Shown in pieces: positions 10,470 through 18,168 of a DNA stretch of 32,000 bases (the stretch's first letter is position 1; each line of letters starts with the position of its first letter). The notes below the pieces were generated by a model that saw only the letters and a program-made list of their open reading frames with translations, was not told the DNA's origin and made no database searches. The DNA comes from Cylindrospermopsis raciborskii Cr2010 (GTDB lineage Bacteria > Cyanobacteriota > Cyanobacteriia > Cyanobacteriales > Nostocaceae), in contig NZ_CP065936.1 in NCBI RefSeq assembly GCF_003367075.2, forward strand, positions 1,440,001 to 1,472,000. The letters are read 5' to 3'. A program made the position numbers and the translations under genes.

Positions 10470-10777
10470 TGTTCACCTTTGGGGTTGGGGTTTATGTTGA
10501 GCTAGAAGCAGTTGAAGTTATCAATTAAGTTAATTGCTACATAGCAATACCTCTAATCACACAACGTTAACTCCAAGACGTTAAGATTTAGTTATCTAAA
10601 GATAAGGAAAAGTTCAAGGTTAAAGAATTTTTGACCCGAAATTTTTGGGTATGGATCGTGAATGCTAACTATTTTTGTTAAAATAGTTAAACACACTCAT
10701 AGGCCTTGTTTACCAAAAGTGTATATAATGGACAATGACTTTTAAAAACTATACCTGACATACAAATAAGATTAACT

Positions 10778-11596
10778 ATGAATACAAACCAGTTAAAATT
10801 TATGCTAAGACTACTGGCATCCCCAGATCATAATGCTGGTTGGACTTCTTCTGCGCTTGAATATTTTAAAAAAGAAAAAAGTAAAATTTGTCAAGAATTA
10901 GAAAAGAGAGAATATGTAGATTACTCCAGAGAAATTGTTTCAGCGCAGATCTTACCTGCTGGTAAAGCTGCATTACAGATTGAATCTTCCCAACTACCCA
11001 TAGCGCCTGAAGAAATAAAGGTGTTACAAAATATAGCTAAGAGCAATCAGAAAATAGAGGTTAGTAAAATTAAGATTAAATCTTTAAAGTCCGATGAAAA
11101 AGACGGAATTTTAAAAATCCTGAGTGAGCGGGGTTTAATAAAGGTAGAACAGAAGATAAAAAGGACGAAAGCACAAGTTTGGCTCACAGATAGAGGACTT
11201 GAGTTTTTACGTGATGAGTACATACCACAAAAAGATTCTCATCCTGTAATCAGTTTAGACATGCTGGGTGCGTACATACAATTTTTGCGTAAGAATGCCC
11301 AGGGAAAAAAATCAGTAATTCCTAGGGAAATAACTGACGAAGAAATTTTACAAACTATTGAAAATTTAGATCGAGAACTGGGTACAGAAAATTACCTACC
11401 CATCTTCCATGTGCGAGAGAAATTACAACCGCCCCTATCAAGAGATGATCTAGATCAGGCATTATATAGATTGCAAAAGATGAATAAAATTGATTTTGAT
11501 CCTTTACAGGAAGTAACCAATTATACTGGAATTCAGATTGATGCGGGAATCCCCCAGAATATTGGTGGTCCATTGTTTTTTATTATAGTTAATTAA
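10778..11596 (+). CDS. Uncharacterised protein, probable winged-helix-type DNA-binding
   Basis: 272 aa ORF directly upstream of and co-oriented with the ATPase gene; internal stretch KDGILKILSERGLIKVEQKIKRTKAQVWLTDRGLEFL resembles a winged-helix fold. Confidence 0.65.
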   Translation: MNTNQLKFMLRLLASPDHNAGWTSSALEYFKKEKSKICQELEKREYVDYSREIVSAQILPAGKAALQIESSQLPIAPEEIKVLQNIAKSNQKIEVSKIKIKSLKSDEKDGILKILSERGLIKVEQKIKRTKAQVWLTDRGLEFLRDEYIPQKDSHPVISLDMLGAYIQFLRKNAQGKKSVIPREITDEEILQTIENLDRELGTENYLPIFHVREKLQPPLSRDDLDQALYRLQKMNKIDFDPLQEVTNYTGIQIDAGIPQNIGGPLFFIIVN

Positions 11597-11639
11597 GAGC
11601 CAATAATTACTCACTTTCAGTTGTTTACCCTTTACATCC

Positions 11640-13760
11640 ATGACACACATTAATGACATTATCAAACGCCAAACTAACCCCTTTGATTCAATCCAAATAA
11701 AGCCCACTGATTTTTGGGTAGAAGAGCAAGATTCCACAGTGATGGTAGACTCAATTCACCAAGAAGCAATAAAAGAAATTGAAAGTCTACTCGAGCTAGT
11801 AGCCAAAGATCATCGCAGTCGGACAGTTTTGATAAGGGGTAGTTCTGGATCTGGTAAAAGTTATCTCCTGGGTAGACTGAAACGTAAGTTGAATTCCAAA
11901 GCCTTTTTTGCCTATGTTTTTTGTAATTGGAGCAGTAGTGCTGAAATATGGCGACATATTCTCCGTCGTACCGTTGATAGTTTACTGCAAATTCCTGAAG
12001 GAGAACAAGAATCGCAGCTAATGTTGTGGCTAAAAAGTCTCAGTGCATTTACTAAAAGTGGTGTCAAACAGAAAATATTCAATACCAATTTTTGGCAACT
12101 CCTAAGAGGCGATCGCCCAAAATTTATTAAACACCTCAAAAGTACTTATAAGAAAGGAATCTATCATCCTGATATTTTTTTTGGTGTGCTCCATGATCTG
12201 ACCAATCCAGATTTATATGATTTGGCATGTGAATGGCTAAGGGGAGATGACCTAAGCGAAGAATCCATGAAACTAATTAAAGTTAAAAGCTGCATTGATA
12301 CAGAGGAAGCTGCCAAAAATATTTTAGCCAATTTTGGTAAAATTTCTACCCAAACCCAACCGATAGTTTTGTGTTTTGATAACCTTGATACCATGCCTCA
12401 GCAACCCGGAGGTACTTTGGAAATTCAGCCTTTTATGAATGTTAATACAACCATTCATGGTGATAATTTGAAGAATTTCCTAGTAATTATCAGTGTTATT
12501 TCTGATACTTGGGAGCGGAATCGTGACAGTATTCTTCCAGCTGATAAAGCGGGAATTGAAAAACAAATCAGGTTACAAAATATTAGTATAGAACAAGCGG
12601 AAGCACTGTGGATTTGTCAGCTCAAACCACTACACAGATTAGCCTATCCCATACCAGAATCTCCTCTTTTTCCTCTCAGTCGAGAAATATTAGATAGAAA
12701 CTACCCTGGTGGTAAAAGCACACCTAGAAGTACATTAGTTTTGGGTCGGAAGGAGTATCAGGAATATAAGCTCTCCCTCAATGGGAATTATAGTGCAGCG
12801 CAGGAGGAATTACCACCCCAGAACACGGTTGTGGATGACGGTTCCCAAAACCAAAAAGTGGATGTTAAGGGTCAAAATGCTACATTTTCAGCTAACCAGG
12901 ATATAAACCAATCGGAATTCGAATTATTATGGCAACAGGAGTATAAAAAAAGCCAGCAGAAATATAGCAAAATATCTTTATTGTCATCATCTGATTTGAC
13001 TCAAATGCTCATATATGCTATATGTGCCATGGATATTCCTGAAATTCAACCTAAACTAATTAGTGGCAAGTATACCACCCATTCCTTTAGTTATCTCCAT
13101 CCTCAAAATAACCAAAAAACTGGCGTTGTCTGGACAGAAGAACATAATATGAATAGCTTTTATCATATTATGAGTGCTTGTCAAACAGCTATTCAAAAAA
13201 AGGCCTGTGAAACACTTTACTTAATTCGTAGTGGAAATGTGGGTAACCCTGAATCATCTGGTAACCAAATTTATCGACAGATATTCGTAAATACACACAA
13301 CCTTCATATTAGGTCTAGTTTGACTGGAATTCATTTTTTAGCAACTTATCAAAGTTTGGTGAATTCTGCTAAGTCCCAGGATTTACTCATTGGTGGTAAA
13401 ACAGTTGATTTACGAAAGTTAGAAGATTTTGTGCAAAGGTCAAAAGTTTTACACGGGTGTGACTTATTACAGGCTTTGGGGATTGTTAGTAAAACCTCAA
13501 ATCCACACACCAGTGAAAACCGTGAGGAAAATTTAGAAGTTGTCAAAGGTTTCTTGTTTAATTTAGTTAAGATTAACCAATGTATTGCAGTAAAAACTGC
13601 AATTGATAATACACTTAAGGAGTTTCAGTTTCCTGAGACTCAAACAGCTAGTGTTCAAAATTTAATTGATTTATTGTATCAGGAAAAGAAAGTGAAAATT
13701 TTGGGATCCACATCCAAACCGGAAGAGCAAATAATTCTGTGGTGCCCTGATTTTTCTTAA
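11640..13760 (+). CDS. P-loop (AAA/STAND/Orc-like) ATPase, function unknown
   Basis: 706 aa; Walker A RGSSGSGKSYL, Walker B-like QPIVLCFDNLD; large C-terminal region without recognised domain. Confidence 0.8.
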   Translation: MTHINDIIKRQTNPFDSIQIKPTDFWVEEQDSTVMVDSIHQEAIKEIESLLELVAKDHRSRTVLIRGSSGSGKSYLLGRLKRKLNSKAFFAYVFCNWSSSAEIWRHILRRTVDSLLQIPEGEQESQLMLWLKSLSAFTKSGVKQKIFNTNFWQLLRGDRPKFIKHLKSTYKKGIYHPDIFFGVLHDLTNPDLYDLACEWLRGDDLSEESMKLIKVKSCIDTEEAAKNILANFGKISTQTQPIVLCFDNLDTMPQQPGGTLEIQPFMNVNTTIHGDNLKNFLVIISVISDTWERNRDSILPADKAGIEKQIRLQNISIEQAEALWICQLKPLHRLAYPIPESPLFPLSREILDRNYPGGKSTPRSTLVLGRKEYQEYKLSLNGNYSAAQEELPPQNTVVDDGSQNQKVDVKGQNATFSANQDINQSEFELLWQQEYKKSQQKYSKISLLSSSDLTQMLIYAICAMDIPEIQPKLISGKYTTHSFSYLHPQNNQKTGVVWTEEHNMNSFYHIMSACQTAIQKKACETLYLIRSGNVGNPESSGNQIYRQIFVNTHNLHIRSSLTGIHFLATYQSLVNSAKSQDLLIGGKTVDLRKLEDFVQRSKVLHGCDLLQALGIVSKTSNPHTSENREENLEVVKGFLFNLVKINQCIAVKTAIDNTLKEFQFPETQTASVQNLIDLLYQEKKVKILGSTSKPEEQIILWCPDFS

Positions 13761-13792
13761 TCAAACTCAAATCTCCCTTAGTTAAGCTAGGG

Positions 13793-13984
13793 GTGAATCT
13801 TATTTAGGTGCAATTGATGATTTAGTCCGCCTTGAAAGAGAAGATCGCATTGGTCGTTTGTTAGAGTTAAACCCTGTACAACCAATCGCACTAACTGTAG
13901 GTTCTTTATCTTATGGACGTGTTAGTATTACAGAGCCTAGTGATGTACGTCGTCAGGCGATCGCAAAATTACGAGGATACCCTT
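13793..13984 (+). pseudogene. Start-less ORF fragment, gene remnant of unknown family
   Basis: In-frame translation GESYLGAIDDLVRLEREDRIGRLLELNPVQPIALTVGSLSYGRVSITEPSDVRRQAIAKLRGYP* looks protein-like but follows an in-frame stop, with no start codon at its beginning. Confidence 0.4.
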
Positions 13985-14097
13985 GAAAACTATGTTGTTC
14001 TATCAGAAGATAATATCGTCTCAAACTAAAGGTTGATGAGATTTATTTAAGAGAAAGAAGCCGAGCAAGGGTTTAAATACTAAATGTTAAGTCTATG

Positions 14098-14168
14098 CGA
14101 CATCAATTTGAGAAAAACGACATTTAATTTGGCAATATGGACAAATAATCTGGCAAGCGACATGTACA
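14098..14168 (+). mobile_element. Candidate terminal region (solo end) of a Tn7-like/CAST-type transposon, element body to the left
   Basis: CGACATCAATTTG / CGACATTTAATTTGGCA / GGACAAATAATCTGGCA / CGACATGTACA; GACA at 14099, 14119, 14140, 14159 (spacing 20, 21, 19 bp); ends with TGTACA two bases before the tRNA 3' end. Confidence 0.5.
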
Positions 14169-14170
14169 AA

Positions 14171-14243
14171 TGGAGAATAGGAGACTCGAACCCCTGACCT
14201 CTGCGGTGCGATCGCAGCACTCTACCAACTGAGCTAATTCCCC
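14171..14243 (-). tRNA. tRNA-Ala (anticodon CGC)
   Basis: GGGGAATTAGCTCAGTTGGTAGAGTGCTGCGATCGCACCGCAGAGGTCAGGGGTTCGAGTCTCCTATTCTCCA; cloverleaf folds; anticodon stem CTGCG/CGCAG, loop ATCGCAC; G3:U70 pair typical of tRNA-Ala; no encoded CCA. Confidence 0.95.
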
Positions 14244-14248
14244 TAGGT

Positions 14249-14995
14249 TTACCCTATTGTAACACGCTCTCCATTTTTCCAATCTTTCTGCTCAAAAGTT
14301 TCCCAAATTCGTTCCCACTCTAAATCCCTTACATGGTCTACTGTCCAGTTAGCTTGACGCTGGAGGATGTGAAAGGGGTAAGTATTAGCAATTCCCACAA
14401 CTTTCATTCTAGCGCGTTTCGCCGCTTCTATGCCAGCTAAGGTATCTTCCAAGGCTAAACAGTCTTCGGGTTGTAAACTTAAATCAACATTTATATCAGA
14501 ATATACTTGATTAAGTCTATCCACGGCTAATAAATACCCTTCCGGTTGAGGTTTACTAGTAGCGATATCATCACCTGCAATGATCACCTGAAAATATTCT
14601 CTTATATTAGCACGTTCTAAGACCAACTCTATTTCTCGAACCAGGGCACCACTAACTAGACCCACGGGCAAATTTTGAGACCGGGCCTGTATAATTAAAT
14701 CCTCTATTCCAGAATAGAGCGGTAACTGTTCCAGACTCTCTAGTTCCTTAATATATTTGTTTGCTTTATTTCGCAGCAGGTTGGTTAAATGGTCTTGACT
14801 GACCACCCTTCCACGACGCTTTAATAACTCCTCAAAACAAGCGCGATCGCTCCTTCCTAAACATCTCAAACGTTCATCTGGCTTTTGGGGTTGTAAATTT
14901 TCTTCCACCAGAATCTCATCTATCAGTTTTAAATGTATTGATTCGTCTTTAATAATCACTCCATTAAAATCGAACAGGACTGCTTTTAAAGGCAT
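14249..14995 (-). CDS. HAD-superfamily hydrolase, beta-phosphoglucomutase/phosphatase-like
   Basis: 248 aa; LKAVLFDFNGVIIKDE, VSGALVREIE, KPQPEGYLLA, LEDTLAGIEAAKRARM. Confidence 0.9.
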   Translation of the reverse strand: MPLKAVLFDFNGVIIKDESIHLKLIDEILVEENLQPQKPDERLRCLGRSDRACFEELLKRRGRVVSQDHLTNLLRNKANKYIKELESLEQLPLYSGIEDLIIQARSQNLPVGLVSGALVREIELVLERANIREYFQVIIAGDDIATSKPQPEGYLLAVDRLNQVYSDINVDLSLQPEDCLALEDTLAGIEAAKRARMKVVGIANTYPFHILQRQANWTVDHVRDLEWERIWETFEQKDWKNGERVTIG

Positions 14996-15143
14996 ATAAA
15001 AATCTAAGTAAACATAACTAACATTCCCATTATTACAGGAATGTGTACACTAATAGGGAATACGGAACGGGTTGAGGATACAAAATTTCCCACCCAAAAC
15101 ATAAAATAGTAGGTTGTGGTGTGAAACTTAACATAGGAGTGGA

Positions 15144-15974
15144 GTGATGGATTTACGTCGGGATGCTTTACAAATTCTCAAGGAAACTAGTAGAACCTTT
15201 TATATTCCAATTAGCATTATGCCATCAGGACTACAAGAAGCTGTGGCATCAGCATACTTGTGTATGCGTGCTATTGACGAGATTGAGGACCATCCAACTC
15301 TGGAAAATCATACTAAGGGAATTTTACTACAAAGCATTAGCCAAACTCTACAAGCAGGAGTGGATGGTTTTGCAGTGGATGCTTTTTCCATGGGATTTAA
15401 GGGTTATGAAGATTCCTTACCTGAGGTCAGTGTCAGGATTAGGGAATGGGCAATTTTAGCACCAGAAAGCATTGCACCTCGCATTTGGGATGCAACAGCA
15501 GCTATGGCCGATAGAATGGCTTACTGGTCACAAATAAATTGGCAAATTAAGAATGAATACGACCTGGACCGTTACACCTTTGGCGTTGCAGGTGCAGTAG
15601 GTTTGTTACTCTCAGATTTATGGTCATGGTATGATGGAACCACGACTAACCGCATGGAAGCGATCGCCTTTGGTCGAGGGTTACAAGCAGTAAATATCCT
15701 ACGTAATAATAGTGAAGATTTAACCCGTGGGGTAAATTTTTTCCCCGAGGGTTGGAATCACCAGGATCTTCAACAGTATGCTCGTCGTCATCTAGCTTTA
15801 GCGGATAGTTATACTAATAGTCTTCCTCCTGGACCCGCTCTACAATTCTGTCAAATTCCCCTGGCCTTGGCCCATGGTACTCTGGATGCACTAGCTAATG
15901 GTAAGGAAAAACTCAGTCGTCATGATGTCTATGCTCTAATCGAAAATCTCATTAATGTCAATGCAGTAGTATAA
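15144..15974 (+). CDS. Squalene/phytoene synthase family protein
   Basis: 276 aa; SRTFYIPI, CMRAIDEIEDHP, and second Asp-rich type motif GRGLQAVNILRNNSEDLTRGVNFFPE. Confidence 0.85.
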   Translation: MMDLRRDALQILKETSRTFYIPISIMPSGLQEAVASAYLCMRAIDEIEDHPTLENHTKGILLQSISQTLQAGVDGFAVDAFSMGFKGYEDSLPEVSVRIREWAILAPESIAPRIWDATAAMADRMAYWSQINWQIKNEYDLDRYTFGVAGAVGLLLSDLWSWYDGTTTNRMEAIAFGRGLQAVNILRNNSEDLTRGVNFFPEGWNHQDLQQYARRHLALADSYTNSLPPGPALQFCQIPLALAHGTLDALANGKEKLSRHDVYALIENLINVNAVV

Positions 15975-15980
15975 ACAACC

Positions 15981-16001
15981 CCATCCCCCGGGTGGGGATG
16001 G
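15981..16001. other. Perfect hairpin in the intergenic gap upstream of the kinase gene
   Basis: CCATCCCC-CGGGT-GGGGATGG, 8 bp stem, 5 nt loop, no following T-tract. Confidence 0.7.
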
Positions 16002-16033
16002 ATAAGAAAATACCAGTCCCAAATTATTCATCC

Positions 16034-17968
16034 ATGAACACAAATCTTTTAGGAAAAACTCTGAGCGATCGCTATGTTATTATACGCCAAGTAGGACAGG
16101 GGGGATTTGGACGTACCTACCTAGCTGAGGATATGAACCGATTTCGGGAGTATTGCGTTTTAAAAGAATTTTCTCCTGTTGTCCAAACTCCAGAAGCTGT
16201 TAAAAAAGCCCAAGAACTATTTGAAAGGGAGGCCACTGTACTTTATCAGTTAGAACACCCTCAAATACCCCGGTTTCGGGAATTATTGCCCATTAACCTC
16301 GAGGGAAAGGAATATCTATTTTTAGTCCAGGATTACGTCCAAGGAATAACCTATAGCTCTTTACTCAATACTCAACAACAACAGGGGCTAAAATTTTCTG
16401 AAACTGCAGTTCGTCAACTCTTAGAACAAATTCTGCCAGTTTTGCAATACATTCACAGCATGGGGGTGATTCATCGAGACATTTCCCCTGATAACTTAAT
16501 TCTAAGAAATTCCGATCAGTTGCCAGTACTAATTGATTTCGGAGGAGTAAAACAAGTTGCTGCAAATTTAGCTTCTCAGTATTACCAATCCGGTCAAAAT
16601 ACTCCTAGTAGTGGCACCTTATTAGGCAAAGTGGGATTCGCACCACCAGAACAAATGCAAACAGGTTTAGTTTACCCTCATAGCGACCTATATGCTTTAG
16701 CTGTAACTGTTTTAGTATTACTTACAGGTAAAATGCCCCAGGAAATAATTGATACTCAAACCTTACAGTGGCAATGGCGACGAGAAGTTAGACTCAGTCC
16801 ACTCCTAGGTCAAGTTTTAGACCGCATGCTCTCCTATAAACCAGGCGATCGCTATCAAACAGCCAATCAGGTTTTAGATGCTCTTAACTTCCAAAGGGTG
16901 AGTTCTCCTATGTCTGGGTCGCTCACTAGTCAAACAATGGCAATTTCTCAACCATCTACACCCATGACCTCCACACCTGAAACCACGGGTGTTTGGACCA
17001 CAACTAACATAATGATGGTTACTATGGCTATATTCACCAGTGCAGGACTATTATGGTGGGGGTTTAATAATCGTTATCAGCCAACTAACACCCCCAGTGT
17101 CGCATCTCCCACACCCACCACTACACCCTCTGTAGATCCCACCGCTAATTACTCCCCAGAAGAAAAACAACGTAAGCAAAAACTGCGCGATCGCCTGGAA
17201 GAACTAAACATCAATTCTAGGTTCTTTAGCAGTTTGGTGAATCAGGTATTTTGGGAAAAAAACCCCAGTCTAACAGGAAGGACTCTTAGCAGCGAACCGG
17301 AGGATGAAAGTTTACGGAAAGAATGGGATAAAACTGCCATGGAAGTTGTGGAAAAACTTGCTATCCTCAGCGAAAACTCACGTAGACAGCTAGGAACTTA
17401 TACATCATCCACTCGACAAAAATGGCAAATGGTAATTAACAGCAAAAACGTTAGTAGTAATGCCCTATATGACCTAGCTGATGCTGCTCTTTTACGTATT
17501 TTTCCTGAGCAAAAGGGTAAGAATTTTATTTCCAAACCTCTCGGTCAAGTTTGGCAGGGATTTGCCAACGATAGACTCAATGACATCATGGAAAACACGG
17601 CCTGGGAAAAAATAGTATTGGATCCTGGTAATACAAGTAAAATGGCTAGGGGAACTCTAGATCCAGGAGGAGGCAAAGTTTTCATTGCCAAATTGGTTAA
17701 AGACCAAAATATGCAGGTGCAACTGGATGCAAACACGGAGGTTTTACTGTCAGTTTATTCTCCATCTGGTAAGACAAAATTTTTGCAAGATTCAAAATCG
17801 CGTCAACTCTCCCAAATATTACCAGAAAGTGGATTTTATGAATTTGTTGTAGTTTCCACAGCATCAAATCCTGAAGACTACGAATTCTCTCTTACCATAG
17901 AAAATCCTCCCGCACCAGAACCCATAGAAACCCCCACCCCGGAAACCACTCCAGAACCTGTTCAATAA
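16034..17968 (+). CDS. Serine/threonine protein kinase with C-terminal pre-peptidase-like beta domain
   Basis: VGQGGFGRTYLAED, HRDISPDNLIL, DFGGVKQVA; TM segment MMVTMAIFTSAGLLWWG; the GTG start at 15992 lies inside the hairpin, so ATG 16034 (MNTNLLGKTLSDRYVIIRQ) is preferred. Confidence 0.9.
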   Translation: MNTNLLGKTLSDRYVIIRQVGQGGFGRTYLAEDMNRFREYCVLKEFSPVVQTPEAVKKAQELFEREATVLYQLEHPQIPRFRELLPINLEGKEYLFLVQDYVQGITYSSLLNTQQQQGLKFSETAVRQLLEQILPVLQYIHSMGVIHRDISPDNLILRNSDQLPVLIDFGGVKQVAANLASQYYQSGQNTPSSGTLLGKVGFAPPEQMQTGLVYPHSDLYALAVTVLVLLTGKMPQEIIDTQTLQWQWRREVRLSPLLGQVLDRMLSYKPGDRYQTANQVLDALNFQRVSSPMSGSLTSQTMAISQPSTPMTSTPETTGVWTTTNIMMVTMAIFTSAGLLWWGFNNRYQPTNTPSVASPTPTTTPSVDPTANYSPEEKQRKQKLRDRLEELNINSRFFSSLVNQVFWEKNPSLTGRTLSSEPEDESLRKEWDKTAMEVVEKLAILSENSRRQLGTYTSSTRQKWQMVINSKNVSSNALYDLADAALLRIFPEQKGKNFISKPLGQVWQGFANDRLNDIMENTAWEKIVLDPGNTSKMARGTLDPGGGKVFIAKLVKDQNMQVQLDANTEVLLSVYSPSGKTKFLQDSKSRQLSQILPESGFYEFVVVSTASNPEDYEFSLTIENPPAPEPIETPTPETTPEPVQ

Positions 17969-18000
17969 AAATATCAACATCAACAAATGGTTTCATAATT

Positions 18001-18153
18001 ATGAACAAAATCGTGGGAAAGGATGAAAGCAGAACTGATAAAAACAACCTACCCGGTTGTCAAGAGGAAAGGATTCTTTGTCCCCATTGTAAACGTACTG
18101 CTACTAATGGAATTAAGTGTAAAGGTATTTGTGTAGCTGACAGTGACTACTGA
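18001..18153 (+). CDS. Small Cys-rich protein (50 aa), function unknown
   Basis: MNKIVGKDESRTDKNNLPGCQEERILCPHCKRTATNGIKCKGICVADSDY*; CPHC and CKGIC cysteine motifs; co-oriented 32 bp after kinase stop; absent from supplied ORF track because of length. Confidence 0.5.
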   Translation: MNKIVGKDESRTDKNNLPGCQEERILCPHCKRTATNGIKCKGICVADSDY

Positions 18154-18168
18154 TAATCACAACTAATA

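Noticed and set aside
10738-10756. AATGG just before ACAATGAC, considered as the other end/target duplication partner of the 14168 transposon end (flank AATGG at 14169-14173)
   Set aside because: Only a 5-mer match, no TGTACA and no ~20 bp-spaced CGACA/AATTTG motifs on this side, so it cannot be supported as a left end.
13776-13799. CCCTTAG-TTAAG-CTAGGGG hairpin after the ATPase gene as terminator
   Set aside because: Stem needs a G.U pair and no U-tract follows; too weak to call.
13761-14160. Search for a delocalised CAST homing spacer matching tRNA-Ala or a short CRISPR array near the element end
   Set aside because: No segment resembling the first half of the tRNA and no direct repeats of CRISPR type were found by eye; Cas12k and Tns genes are not in the window.
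15044-15049. Another TGTACA, upstream of the 15144 gene
   Set aside because: Flanks (ACTAATAGGG...) lack the repeated end motifs; a chance hexamer.
15163-15459. 98-aa forward ORF overlapping the squalene/phytoene synthase gene
   Set aside because: Alternate frame of a well-supported CDS.
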